A stretch of DNA of 64,000 bases. It comes from Podarcis melisellensis. Its lineage: Eukaryota. Position numbers and translations under genes: made by a program. The notes beneath the pieces were generated by a model, which worked only from the letters and a program-made list of their open reading frames with translations, was not told where the DNA came from and searched no databases. The stretch lies in the NCBI GenBank assembly GCA_964234715.1, contig OZ174275.1; one strand, written 5' to 3'. Numbering within the stretch: the stretch's first letter is position 1; every line of letters begins with the position of its first letter. This document shows, piece after piece, positions 1-15,000 of this stretch.

Positions 1-2894
1 CTTAACAATATAATTTTACCACAATGATCTTTAGCTTTAAATACATTGAAAACATAGCACGCCTTCTGACTAGTTTTCTTATTAGAGTGTAATATAGACA
101 GATGTGTTTGTAGCTGCTGTAATTACGTTAATTTCATAGGAACATAAGACTGCTGTGTAATCAGCTATTACTAATGTAATTACTCTGACAAAAATGGTTC
201 ACAAAGAGACAGTGTGTTAGAGTTGCTCCTAAATGAGTACTGATTGTAGTAATTGAATAGTGAGTCACATTTGTATCTGAAGTGGATAATATAATGTAGA
301 TTTTTGCTATCCCGTAATTAAGATTCATGAAAAGCATTATTTTGATATGTGCTCTCAGGGTAGTGTTTGGCTTTTCAGGACTAATCCACATGTTTTTTTA
401 TCACCCTAAAAGAATGGTGTTTTGTTTGCGTTACAGTGGGGTCTCTTAAAATCAAGGTCTCATATGCTAGCATTGTATAATCAATTATCTTTATGAAATT
501 TAAGCAACCAAATATGTCCATTTTACAGACAGCAAAACTGCAGTAAAAAAAGAGTAAGGCCAATAGAGTCACAAAGACCAACATCTTCCAAACAGCGTTA
601 TAAGTGTCACACTCAGACGCCCCTTTCCGTGCCCAATAAGCACGGGGTGCCTTTGCCTGGTGGCACTGTGACCCACAGATTGCAGCAAAATATTGGGCAA
701 GGTTTTGCCCAGTATATTCTCTGTGTGATGGGCTCATGGGAAAAAGCTGTCAGTATCTGTCTGGTTGGAATCTGCACCCTGGTCCCCCAGTGAGACCTTG
801 CTTGCTTGGATCGCACCACAGCAAAGTTCAACACTGACTGACTCCCATGGAACAGGTTTGGAACATTTCCCCATCATTCACCAGGCACCAGCAGGCCAAT
901 ACTGGACAAGATAATGACATCAGGAAATGAGGTAAGTTGAGCCACATACTTATAAAGAGGAAGTTGGTAACTAAGAGAAACAAAGGGAGGATAATGACTT
1001 CCGAGAAAAATTGTTTTGTTTCTTATCTTGCATAAATTCAGCATCACCTCCATTGACTCATGAGACACTGAGGCAGGATTTAGTAGGTTGAATACGTGTT
1101 TGTACTTTGTACTGGGCAGGGTTAATTGCTGGACAGGGTTAATTGTGGCCGTTTTTACACTGTATGATGCAAAATGTAAATGATGCTGACAACACAGAGC
1201 ACATGTATGGTGATGAAATATGTTATAATGGTATGAGTGATAGTTATATGTTACAAGTATACCATACTAGTATGAGTGATAGTTATATGTTATTTACTTG
1301 AATAGTTTACAAGGCTAGAGTAGTTTAGATATTCAAGCATGAAAAATTGTTCAAAACTACATATATTTATATTCCATGCTGATCTTCAATATTGCAATCC
1401 TCAGCAGTAAGTGTTGTTTGCAATCAGTTGGAGAACTGATTACACCAATTAACTGCAAACTCACAGTTAAATTACTTACTTGCCTCTGTGATAGTTTCTG
1501 GGATGTGAAGGCGTTCATTCATTCAGCACAATCTTAAAAAGTACCATTAATATAAATAGTAAGAAGCACAGAAGCCTAAGGAAATGATTAGAAAGTGAGA
1601 AATCTTGTCTCATCCGCACTTGTAAAATAAGACATTACTGTCCTCATCTAACTGGGTTTCCTTAAACCTCAACAGGCTATAAAATAAATTTTGTGATGCC
1701 ATGCACTATTCAATCCAAGCAGGTATTGGGAGAAATTTTCAAAAGGCTCATATAAAATGAAAAGCAATGAATAAGCAATTAAAATAGAGTTCAGCTAAGG
1801 ATTTCATAACTATTGTAAACAAATTGCTGTGCTCTATAGCAATATCATATGGTTAAAGCTGCAGTATTACACACCCTTACTTGCCTGAACAGACAGGCAT
1901 AGGATTGCACTGCATGTAAACTAACTGAAATGAACTATTACCAGTGGTGCATAGTACAATAGGATTGTCCTTTATGCAGCTGTACCAGTATTAAGTAGTT
2001 TCTGAATTGTTTCTTGAAAACAAAAATGTTAAAAACTTTTTAAAGGGTATATATTAACTAAACACCAACTTTAATGCAAGTTTTGCTACGCAGAGGTGCA
2101 AATCATTTGGATTGTGACTCAAATGTCATGAATTCAATGTTTTACTTTCATATCTACTGCATGTTCCTCTTTTAGCACAAGGAAAAATTCTTAATAAAGG
2201 ATTGCATTAGCTAAAATTTCTATCAGTTTTCATCATTACAAAACTAGTAAAGTACAGTAAATTGAAAACAATCTTTTAAAACAATTCAACACTAAGATAA
2301 ATAGAAACCAAATTACATCTGAGGCACTCCCATTTTTATGGCACCATTAATCAGGCTAATTTTCATTTAAATCTGTGAAATAATTAAACTTGGAGGGAAG
2401 TTTTGAGTGAGTGTCCTTGACTCAAACAAAAATATTTTAACTAGGAATTATTTTCACGTATTGAGTTTGCTTCTAATCAAATAATATGTGTTCCACAAGC
2501 CAGTTATCTAGAAAACATCTAAATCTGTGTTTGTTAATCTATTTGAGCCTATAGTAGCAGAAAGATGAGAGATTTTAATTTGTAAACCAAAATAATTTAG
2601 TTTACATGCTTTTAATTATACTGTTAATCTGGAATATTAACCTGCACCATGTTGACCTCCCTACTGCCACCCTACTCCCCCTCTTGGTTACTTACAATGA
2701 CCTTTGGCTTGGAGAGCCAGGTAAGCAGTGCAGCTCCATCCTGGCCACTACTGTGTAAACTAGCATTATATGGAAATAAAAAATAGCAATGATATGAGAA
2801 TAAGAATGGTAAGTTATTTTTTATCAACATTATCAACATCAAAGGCTATTTCAAGCATTACTGCAGTTCATTGTGCATTTGTATCCAAAGCAGA

Positions 2895-3087
2895 TTATTC
2901 AACTTTCAGCCCTTTGGATTTAAATTCAGAGTGCAGGATCTGTGATAAGCATCTTCCAAATTCTTCTAAGATCATTTGTTCTGCTAGGCAAATAGAGTAA
3001 GCTTCTTTTTCTGCCTCTTCAGCTTGAGCAAGAAGACAGGCACATGTTGCCTCAACCACTTCCCATGATATACATGTACTAGACTGC
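2895..3087 (-). CDS. TESMIN: TESMIN last exon coding part with TAA stop
   Basis: [63 protein letters not shown]. Confidence 0.95.
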
Positions 3088-6000
3088 CTATTGGAACAAA
3101 AAAACCAATATATACTTTTAAAATAAGTAAATGAATGAAAAAGATAAGTTACCAATTTACTCATGGCTGAACTTTTCAGGGTCTTCAAACAGGATTTTCT
3201 GTGCCGGGTACACTTTTTTTGCATTTGGCCTTCAAATATAGGAAAGGGCACAAATTTGCATATGCTTTGTCCCATATGCATTCTTATTTTTTCTTTTGCA
3301 AGTGTGTGGAGAGACTGAAATAAATAAAAGGCTACCTACAACTAATAATGTCTCAATGTCAGCAGGTGAAGTTTTCCCCAAAATTTTATTTCCTCATTAC
3401 AAAAGGCTTAATCTGTTCAATTATTGTCTATTTAACAGTGCTTCATTTCCCCCATACAACTTTCTCGTTCCAGCCACTTTTCTCTGGTTGGAATTCTGGA
3501 AGGAAAAGCAACAAGAGGGTTGAGGTGCAGGGCAGAAGCAAAAGGCAGGCGAAAGATTAAGCACTCATCCTCACCTCCCATTTCTTCACTGCAAATCATG
3601 CCCTACTCAGGCTACTTTTCAACTCTTTGGAAACAACCTAGATTCACAAAGCTACCGGCCTCTCCCATCCCAATAGCAGGATAAAGCAGCCGCCTCAGGC
3701 AGAACCACCTGAGGTGGTGCCACGACATGTGCCCCACCCACCCCACCACCTGCACCGCTAATTTCCTGTGATTCCTCACCAAAATCTCACAAGAGCTCAT
3801 GAAGCATAGCAATGGGTGCCAGTGCTGGTGGTTCCAGCAGCAGACCTAGGTTGCTGCCAAATGTGTAGGTCAGCCTTTAGACAGGCAACATACATAAACA
3901 GTAAATGAGCTGTAAAAAAAATATTCCTTATACTGTATACCAAGCATGACACTTTCATTCCCAAATAAACTACTCTGTCCATTTCAATAGGTTTTTAAAA
4001 AGCCCTGCTGCAGTGCTTCCCTTGCTGGTGCACGTCATTGGTAAATAAAAATCTGCTGTACACTGAAGTTTTTGAAGGCTTGTCTACAAGCCTGCTACCA
4101 CAATTTTAGCAAAGCTGCCAACTTGCCAGCTACACACATTCGACTGCCTGAAATTAAAGCATATGTTGCTTAAAAGGTAAAGGGACCCCTGAACATTAGG
4201 TCCAGTCGTGACCGACTCTGGGGTTGCGGCACTCATCTCACTTTATTGGCCGAGGGAGCCGGTGTACAGCTTCCGGGTCATGTGGCCAGCATGACTAAGC
4301 CGCTTCTGGCGAATTAAAGCAGTGCACGGAAATGCTGTTTACCTTCCCGCCAGAGTGGTACCTATTTATCTACTTGCACTTTGACGTGCTTTTGAACTGC
4401 TAGGTTGGCAGGAGCAGGGACCGAGCAACGGGAGCTCACCCCGTTGCAGGGATTCGAACCGCCGACCTTCTGATCGGCAAGTCCTAGGCTTTGTGGTTTA
4501 ACCCACAGCGCCACCCGCTTCAAAAACAAACACACCAAACATATATTGGTACCAAAGAGTCAGTGCTACAACCTTCACCTCAGCAGTAACCTGTGTAGCT
4601 GAAACAAGTTACTAAGCTCTGACAGAATAATCATACGTAAGATGGAGCATCTAGAAAGGAGAAAGCAAAGGTTGAGAGGAACAGACAACTAGGCTGTTGC
4701 ATATATGTTTAAAATCAGTGCTATGGCATATAAAAAAGTTTGCTATTTTAAGATACATATCTTAGATAAAAGGTGGACATCACATTGGTAATCCTTAATA
4801 TTTACCTGTCTTTTCTGCTTTTTGATAATATTTCAAAATTAGAAAATGATACAGAGTCATTTCCTTCATAACTTTTAATTTCCATATAGTTTGGTATATT
4901 CATTAGTGTTTTTCGATCTGGGCTTTCTTCATAATTTTTGCAACCAACACACTTGCAGATAGATGAACACATGATTTTAGCCTAGAAGATGCAAAATGTT
5001 CTAATTCATAAATCACTCAATACTATTAAATAATATAAGATCTGGCTCTGCTACAATACAAGGACTCAGCCATACAGCAGCAAATAAAACATTTTAAGTG
5101 CAATTTGCAACGTGACACTAGATGGCAATGGTGAGTCTTATGGAAAATTCAATGTGTTGTTTTTTTTAAAATGATTTAAAAAAAACATTTTCAGAACGTT
5201 TTTTATGTGTGTATATTCCACCTATGTATGATTCTTTGGAAGTATGCTTCCAATATCATTAGTAATTGCTACAAAGAATATAATAGTGTGATAAACTATA
5301 TTTCACTACTCCTAGCTGTATGTGGAGTTCTCTTTGAAGAATACTAAGAAATGTCATTTAGTTTAGAATATGGACCCAGACTGACTGACACTGGCTAGCA
5401 TTAAAAAAAAAAAAGCTTAATTATTTCCATAGGCACAATTCAAGTATCAAACTTGTTTCCAGAAACAATTTGAAGCACTGGGATAGACCTATAAAAGTCT
5501 TGTATGGGACTCATCCATGAATCTGCTCTTAATATCTGTCTTGGATTTGCTGCTCCTATCTTTAATACTCATGTGTATCACATTTACCTTCAGGTGCCAT
5601 AAGAAAGGACCTTTTTCTGAGTTCTCCTAAAGTTGATTTCATTGACAAATTGAATGTGCATCTTGTATTCTTTGTAAACAGCTGAGTTGTATTTACAGTT
5701 AAGAGGGATACAGATTTTGTTAAATAACTAAAAAATAAATAAGATATACTGGTACTCATCACTTCAACCATCAAAGAAGCATCTTTGGTTTCTTGTACAA
5801 CCCTCACATACTGCTTTGTAAAATATATCATACCTGCATGGCGGAATAGGAAATGCTTTCTTCATTTTGCCAGCATATTTCCATTTACCTTTCTTCTAGT
5901 GCAGATGCAAAAGACAGGGCTGTTGTACCTTTAATAATTGTGTAGATGTAGAAGAAAAGTTTCACCTGCTGTAAAGATACAAAAGCCCTGTCTTTTTTTG

Positions 6001-9000
6001 CAGGTGGCCACCCAATATTCTAGCTGCTTTTAAACTTTGAACCTGCTGCTAGAGCCTGCAGTTTTCCATGAGGAGCACACTCTATGGGAGTTTCCCCTCA
6101 GATAAAGTTTCTAAGTGCCTACAATATTACTGGATGAATCCCACCACTGTTACACATTTTTATAAAGCAGAATTAGAAAATTTCATTGAACAAACCTCAA
6201 AGCATTCACAGTAATTTTTTAGGCAACCTGACCGCTTACAATTACATCCTTTATTATGTCTGGGCTTGATATCTCCTAGTTTCCCTTTTCCAATCTTTGG
6301 CAGAAAAGCTTCTGGATTTCTGTCAAGACAAGCCTAAAACAAATATTTTTTTATTTATATAGAAGACATTCAAATTGAAAAAAAAATCATTTTTTACCTT
6401 TTTATAGCTTACTTTATTTCTAAACTATGCTTTTCTGAAGGCATATTAATTATTTTTACAGGTGGTAGCAATCAAGGAAGTTCTTGTTTATATGGTCCAC
6501 CTGTTAACACGAGACAAGATGTACTCACAGCACTGTATGTTGTCGTCTGTGGAGGCTATTCTGCTAGAGCTACTAGGATACAGTCCTTCCAATAATAATA
6601 AAAATGTCAAGCAAATCTCAAAACCACACACTCTTTCCCATCATGTACACATTAGATAGTTAAATGAACTCAGAGGCTTTGTGGGGACATTTCTAGCAAT
6701 CTTCTAGTCTTTGGCACATCAGCTCTGTGCATTGCTCAGCCAACCCTAACCTAAAAGTATGGCTATGGTAAAGAGGTCCCTTCCATGTATCTCTAGGACA
6801 TGGGTAGGCAAACTAAGGCCCAGGGGCCGGATCTGGCCCAATCGCCTTCTAAATCCGGCCTGCGGACGGTTTGGGAATCAGTGTGTTTTTACATGAGTAG
6901 AATGTGTACTTTTATTTAAAATGCATCTCTGGGTTATTTGTGGGGCATAGGAATTCATTCATTATTTTTTTCAAAATATAGTCCAGCCCCCCAAAAGGTC
7001 TGAGGAACAGTGGACCGGCCCCCTGCTGAAAAACTTTGCTAACCCCTGCTCTAGGAGGAATGCCAGCTTTTTAGCCCTTGCTGATGAGATTTCTCCTTCG
7101 TCTCTTGTTAGAAAACAGGACAGTAATTAACACAGGAGATATAATAAAAAGTAGATAATAATACTTGCATTACCTTAATTGCCTTAATCCTCTCTAGTTC
7201 ATGTTGTGGATTGTTATAACAATTATTGCAGTTGCAGTTACTGCAGAAATCACCATTGGCAAAGCAATCACAGTATCTGTGTTTAACAAAGGCAGCAGAT
7301 GAAATACATTTTATAGTTCATCATTTTCAAGGATGGTTCATGTAGTCATGTGGTTATCTGTGTATTTTATGATTTTGTTTTTCTCTGTCCCCAATATTTT
7401 GGCGTTCTGAAGATTGCAACCAATCCAGCAACCAACATTTCATGCAAGTGCTTATAATGGGAGGTTGCTGATCCCATTCTCTTTAGTTTCCCTTCTAGAT
7501 ATTTTCTGTCTCCTTTTTATTCTAAACCAGCATTGTTTATGTCTTATTTAATGCAAGTAATTAAGTAATCTTCCCATTCTGCATGTAAACATTTACATGA
7601 ACCTTTACTCAAGATACCTACTAAAGAGTGGCAGAGGAAAACGAATGAATATCAGATAAAAAAGGCTGATACATTTTCAACATGCATTTTGTATATAAAA
7701 GCAATTTTTTAAAAAAAAATACTATTACAATGTTAGAAGAAAGCAATGAACATAATGGCTCAGAACCTCTATTTTCTATATTATCTTTATATAGTACTAT
7801 GAACAACTAGAGATACACTTATTTTGTCATGGTATCTATTTTTTTGTGCTGCCTTATTTTTCAACATGCTTCCAGAAGTGTATCTTCCAGGCATTACTTT
7901 GTATGCACCAGGCTAAGCACTGTGCATAAAAAGAAGAGGAAAATGCAGCTTCAGATGTGGTAAGTTAATATCCTGTTCTATATCAAAGTCCTGTTTACTG
8001 CCATGGCTTCAGTTTAACACATATGGCAGGAATAAATTAATTACATTTGGAGTTTTTTTACACTAAGAATAGATACTTCAATATTTCGTTTACTTACAAT
8101 TTGAGGCACTGTGATTTAGTGCAGTTGCATGGCTTCTTTGACTTTGTATCCCAGGAGCTGCAAGGTAACCTAGGCATTGCAATTTTTTTTTAAAAAAAGA
8201 AGCACATTATTAGATATATAATTAAAAATTATATATTGAATGTATTGGGAAGATTATTAAAGATTACACCCATTTACTGGTGAAAAAGCGTGAAAAATGG
8301 GACTCCTAACTATGACTCCATTCACAGAACCTTGTTTTGCTACCTCAAGTCCTCCACATCACTTGCTGTAAGGGTAATGAATCTCTTGAACAAATCATCA
8401 TTCAATCTTCTGTTATACAGAGGGAAACATAATGCATCGGGTCCTAAAATAAACTGAACTTATCCTTCCTCCCCCACTGCAGCTCCCAATGGCTCTGGTG
8501 GGCTGGAGCCCCTCCTAACAAAGTAGGATGGGATGGGAGGCTTCTGGAGCAGGAAAACAACCTAGGTAGGACCTGGATATAAGTCAACAGAAGGACCATT
8601 TCCCATCACCACCTCCTCAGGATTATGCTGAATATGTTGTGCCAAGGGTTCAATGGCCAAAACAAACAAAAGAGGAGAATGTTGATAGCCTTGCTTCATC
8701 CCCAACTGTGGACTAATTTGATTAAAATCAAGATTATTTATTATCACTTTATCAAACAAATCACTATATACTTGTTATATTTTATTTATAAATTTAGGGT
8801 CAAATCTCATCATTTTGATAACACCAATTAAGTACACCTACTCCACACAATCAACAGATTTGAATATTTTAAATAGTAACACCATTAGTGGAGTGTGAGT
8901 AGTTTTACAAAAGCAAATAATATTTAACAGTTACCAATTAGATCTGAAATCTGGAGGTAACAGACAAAGCTAGCCTGACTAGGGTATAGAGCTTTTCAGT

Positions 9001-12000
9001 ATTGCAGGGATTTGTATAAATACCATGTCTTATTATTAAAGACATTAACAAATATATATATATCTATTACTGTCTTACCCAACTAAGGTCAGTTTTGTTG
9101 GCTCTTGAAGATTTTTATCTGAATGGCATGTATATATGGATCCATTATCAAGCTGCTCAAAATACAAACCAGATATTCCATTTGCATTTAGTTGTCAACT
9201 TGTTATATACATTTAAAAAACAAAAATATTATAAAAATAGATTAAATAATCAAGATAAAATATTTATAAATCACCTTCATAAATGTTAGAACAAGTCATG
9301 GAAAAGTGAAATATACTTTAGGAAAAATGGTATTTTAGGATTGATATTTGCCTTTAGCTTATACTCTTAAGTATTGACACTATTTTCATGTTGCTGACTG
9401 GGACCAGCTCCAAATTTTGGAGCACTAGTACAAGAAAAAAAGGCTACCTTGTTGCTCCTAATAATTATCACAGGAGACACAGATCTCCATCCTTGATTTT
9501 GCAATCTGCTTGTTTCCAGATCAGGTATCTTTCTCTCTCCCATATAGTCTTCTTTTTATTGTGGGTCTGTGGCACATTGTTACACATACCCTGCAGGCTT
9601 TGGATTAGTAACAGACTTTTATTCTTTAGATCTAGGGTTTGTGTATACCTAATGAATGTATTTAATGCTTGTGTATAACTGTGCTGCCTGAAGCAGCATC
9701 TATATTAGGGTTGCCATATTTCAAAAAGTGAGAATCTGGACACAAAAGTTATTTTTTGCCATTCAACCACAGTATTCCAGGTTTCTCTGGGAAATTCCGG
9801 ATGTATGGCAACCCTAACTCCGTCTCTTCATTTTTGTGAAATAGACCAATCTACTTCCTGGTATGATTAGTTAGGTATAAGGGTTAAAGCTATACACCCA
9901 TTTTTAATGGACACATGCACTCCTTTCCATGCAAAAGGCTCCAATCCCCTGAGCTGTACATTGAGGCCATGTGTGTGGTGGTAAGGCATGTGGGTTCAGA
10001 TGCATGCCTCATAACACCCCCCCAACCCTCCAGAGGAGATTTGGGGAGCACAGGGGGAAGAGAGGGGCAGAATTCCTGCTGCGCTATCAGGAATCCTTGC
10101 AACAGCTTCCACTAGCACAACAGGTTTGTTGAATATGGCCCATTCTAACAAGGCCTGCCTGTAGCAACAAAGCAGAAACATGAGACAAGACATCTAAGCA
10201 GGCAATGGTTGGGTACTAACATATGCACAATCTGCATATCTCTTGGTAGACAGAGAAAGACGCATGATATGCAGTTTGAGAATGTCAAATTAAAAACTCT
10301 TATCTGAGGGCAAAAGTAACACTTACCTCTTGTGCACAGACATTCAGTTTACCTCCAACGGGTAAAAACTGTCCCAGTACAGATGTTACAGAATTACTTG
10401 CATCTAATAAGAAAATATTTCATTTAGGTTAGTGCAATGTATAGATTTAAACAAATGCATATTTGGATAACTGACCTACATTTCAGAGGAACTAAGAGAT
10501 GTAAACAGTTACTTCTTTAGCATAAATAAAACTTAGAAATAATTAAGTTTTTAACTATGCTAAAGAAGTTTGACATTTTCTATATATTTATCTTTCCAAC
10601 CCAAACTGCATTTATTTCACACAAATATAAAAAGAATGGATCCTACAGAGGGCAAAAAAACACATAAGACGCTCCAGAAGCCCAGGATGGTGGTAGTTTA
10701 GTTGTAAAGCCATGTTCTGCATGCAAAATATACATGTTCAACTCCTGATATTTCCAAATACAAATTGGAGAGACTGCCTGAAAGGCAGGATTGCTGCTGC
10801 AATATATTGAGATACATGAACCAGTGGCTTGATGGCATAAAGCAGCTTATGTTCACTAAGTAGGAACAGCAGCAGTTTGGAGACCAAGCTTCTGAGGCTG
10901 TTTCTAAAGCATCTCCAACTAGCTGTCCCAACACATATCTTTGCACATTTCACTTTCACATGCACTTCCATGTTCATGACTATCAGGCTTCGTTTTATAT
11001 ATTTGTATAATTTTGTGCAAATCTAATCCCCTTCCCCCAGCTAAAAAAATATGTGCCCTATGCTAAGAATTGGGTCCCGCAAAGAGTGAGTTTATTTTGA
11101 AATAGTGGTTTGGAGAATAATGAAAAGGCTTGGCTTGGCTTCTTCTTCTAAAAAGCTAAAGGTGTCCTTGTGTATGGGTGTAATAGTAATTGTATGAAAA
11201 AAAATTCTGGTCTGGATGCACAGTGAACTACCATTCAGTGGGTCTTACTTCTGAGTAGACATGCATAAGATTGCACTGTTGGTCTCAGGCCCAAATTTTT
11301 AAAAAGTACTGCATTCCTGCAATTGCAGGTGGTTTGAGGAGAAATTGTCTGAGTGCAATTTAAATATGTACAATTATTAAATTTTTTACAATTAAGATTT
11401 TGAGAAGAAACCTAAGAAAAACTCCTTCTCAGATTTTACCTTTGTCATCATTCAGAGACAGTGATTGCTATATAACAATATTGTGAAAAGAATGCTTATT
11501 GAAATATTATCATTACTATATTGATCTATTAAAATTATCAGATTCCTTTATAGTTGATTGAACAGTGACATCATGTGGATGGTTTGGGTAAATGCAGACA
11601 GAACTCCCCCTTGCAAGCATACACAATTTACTAGGAGCCTTTCTACACTTAAGATAAGCCCAAGTCCTTATTTTGTTCCTAAACTGTTGAGCTCAGTCTA
11701 GACATCTCCCCTAACTGCATGTTTCTGTTATGGGAATACTGCATTTTCCCAATGTTGCGAGCATTATATTTTATAACTTAGAAAACGTGGTGCTTCCCCC
11801 AGAAAATTGCCCTATGGATTATGGATATTTGAGTTTTACATATGTCATCTGGATAATGTCTATCATGAAGCTTGCTGAAAGTATACACACAGGATCTATA
11901 TTGGCAATAAATAAAACAATGAGACAAGGCACCTGAGCATTCCATTGTTGGGTGGCAAAATTATTCAGCATATTCTGCACATCCCTTGGTGAAGTTAGTG

Positions 12001-15000
12001 AAGGGAATGTTCACAATGGCTGGATCTTTTCAATGATTCAGGTTCCCCATGTCCATACCTTTAGGTGATTATTTACATTTTATGTCCTTAGTGTTTGTCC
12101 ACTCTCTGGCTGTGCCATCAGAATACTATAATGCAGTCTCATCAGTATTATACTTGTTCCCTCAAAGTGTTCATTTCAAGCACCTTTGGATTTCTTTGTT
12201 TTTGTTCTGATCAAAGATGCTCAAGACAGTTTTCAACAGTATATAGGAATTAACAATAGTGTTTAACAAAAACATAATATATGTTGAAGTACATATATTT
12301 TACAAAAGTGGAGGAATTCAGCAAAACTACCCTGATGTGAAGACAGGATAAATATTATTGTTTCCTGATTAAAGGTGCATGAATCTGTCAATTTCAATTC
12401 CCTCAGGAATTCAGTTTGATTCTCAACATTTCCACATCAGTTTGTAATTTATTAATTTTTTGAATTCTCATGAAAATTTGTCAGCATTTTAGTGTAAATA
12501 CGCATTTTTAGATGAAATATTCCTCAAATCCACATTTTTGCTAATCAGATTTCCCTAACACAATGCATTTTCTTCTGTTATTTTCACTAATTATATATGT
12601 TGTTCATATTTTCCAAAATTTCAATACCTGTCTGAGGATACTTAGGCTGGTCTTGATACTGGGGGACCAAATGAACTGCTTTTAATTCTCTTGTGTCTGT
12701 ATTGTTTATACAAAGTATATGAGTACCACCCTTCAACTGGTAGATGATCTGAATTGCATAATCAACAAAAAAAAATATCATCAGATTAAAACCCATATCA
12801 CACTCCTTAAAATGAGCATCAAAACTTAATATACAACATAATAAAACTATGAAATTAAAAAAGCTTAAGATTTTTCTTAAAAATCAACAGTGAAGGATCC
12901 ATACATACTTCCTGCAGGAGGGCATTCAACAAATACATTTATATCATAATTGTCAGGAGATGGAGATATAGCTCTGTCATTTGTGTGGCAAGCCTCTAGT
13001 TTGTACAAAGATAAGATTAACATCCATTTCCCCACCCACCACTGGCATTTGGCCCTTGGATGGTTGTTCACTATTGAATGTGACACATGGGCTGAACAAA
13101 GTTATCCACTCCTGCTTCAGCGGAGTGCATCCCCCACCCAGAACCAGCTGCACACCACCCAGCTGAGCAGATTTCTCAGCCAACAGGACTTCCACTTTAT
13201 AATAGGAGCCAACCTGAGGGACTGAGGGGGCTTCGTCCCCCATAAAATATTTAAGGGGTGGCCCCCCAAAGTTGAGGGGTATTGCCATTCAAATGGTGTG
13301 CATGCATCATGTCACGTGATGGATTATGCGGGGTGGGGCTTACCTGCCCAATATTTTATTCAAGTTGGCACCCCTGCACTTCATCAGGTTATTTGCCTTC
13401 ATAATCCCAAAAATAACCTTCACATTCATAACTGCCACTACCTCCCTGGGATTAAGTAAAGGAAAAGAGAGGTAGAGCTGTGTGTCATCAGCGTACTAAT
13501 GCCATTAGCATACTGATTACACTGAAGTCTAAACCATCAGATGGCTTATCCCAGTAGTTTTCAACTAATGCTAAAAATCATACGGACAAGATAGAAGTTG
13601 AAGCCAGCAACCAAGGGGTAGAATAGAAGTCCCCCCCAGCAGTGCATTCTGAATCCATTATCCCAGAATGGAGCAGAAACACAACATACTGTGCCTCTAA
13701 GTCCTACCCTAGTGATTTGCTTTAGAAGGATACAAATGCCAATGGTACTGAAGTATTCCCTGGCATGTCATCCAGGGAAGTGTTCTCCATTCCAAACCTT
13801 GCCTGGAAGCCAGATTTGAAAGGACCTAAGTAACCAATGCCTAAGACAGTTGAACTATTACTGAACTTAGAGGATCTTGCTTCTGAGTAAGCTTGCTTAG
13901 GATTGTGCATTAAATAATTAAAAATGTAATATAGCAGAAACAGTTGATGAGAAAAAGAACTTGGAACAAAGCCAAGGAAATATATTGGGTGGGAAGGGTA
14001 GATTAGGTAAAGTAGATGACAGTCCATAATGCTGCTCTGAAGAAGCAACTAATCATACACATATGGGTAAAGGGACCCCTGATCATTAGGTCCAGTCGTG
14101 ACCGACTCTGGTGTTGTGGCGCTCATCTCGCTTTATTGGCCGAGGGAGCCGGCGTACAGCTTCTGGGTCATGTGGCCAGCATGACTAAACCGCTTCTGGT
14201 GAACCAGAGCAGCACACGGAAACACCGTTTACCTTCCCGCCGGAGCGGTCACTATTTATCTACTTGTACTTTGATGTGCTTTCAAAGTGCTAGGTTGGCA
14301 GGAGCTGGGAATGAGCAATGGGAGCTCACCCCGTTACAGGGATTCGAACCGCTGACCTGATCAGCAAGCCCTAGGCTCTGTGGTTTAATCCACAGTGCCA
14401 CCCACGTCCAGGCTGCTCTGAAGAAACATCTAATCATACACATATAGTCAAGACTATAAACAGAACTATAAAATGGTCATTGTTTTCTTACTGCCTACAT
14501 GGCACCACTAAGAGGAAGCTACTCTACTAAGAGCCTTGTAGTTTCATTCTAATAAAAACATAGACAACAAAAAACTATTGGCAAAGTTTTTATATCGTAA
14601 AAACACAGCAGTTACCACTTGAGGACTGGCATAATTTCTCTGTGAGCAGGTAGGTTCCTCCATTGCATTTTGTGAAGCTGCTAGGTTATGGCTGATTTCT
14701 TCACCATTTGAATTTTGAAAAACTGCTTCATCTGAATTATTAGCTGTAATGCTAACAACTGCTTCTCTGACCTCAGCCTGAAATATAATCAATTTCATAT
14801 TTTAAAGGATATGCTTACAGTATGTTGCACTGTTAAAAAGCTGGTGTTGAAAAAAATAATTGAAGTTGCTTAAATTGATCGGAAAAATTATGATCAAATT
14901 GATACATAGAATAGTCAATTAAAATTGTCATTATTACCACTATCTTTAAAAGCCCAACTTACATCTAAAGGACTAAGAAAGGATGGGGAAAAAATAACCT

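Noticed and set aside
1231-1292. 23-bp direct repeat (also a 20-bp tandem repeat near 50560-50600)
   Set aside because: Only two copies, ordinary local duplications; not CRISPR-like, and the sequence is eukaryotic.
1-2894. GAL (galanin) exons, expected by synteny beyond TESMIN
   Set aside because: No galanin or GMAP-like coding sequence recognised; the gene probably lies outside the window.
5588-5727. Exon-like AG...GT segment in a TESMIN intron
   Set aside because: 140 nt would frameshift and has an in-frame TGA; no tesmin homology. At most a cryptic or poison exon.
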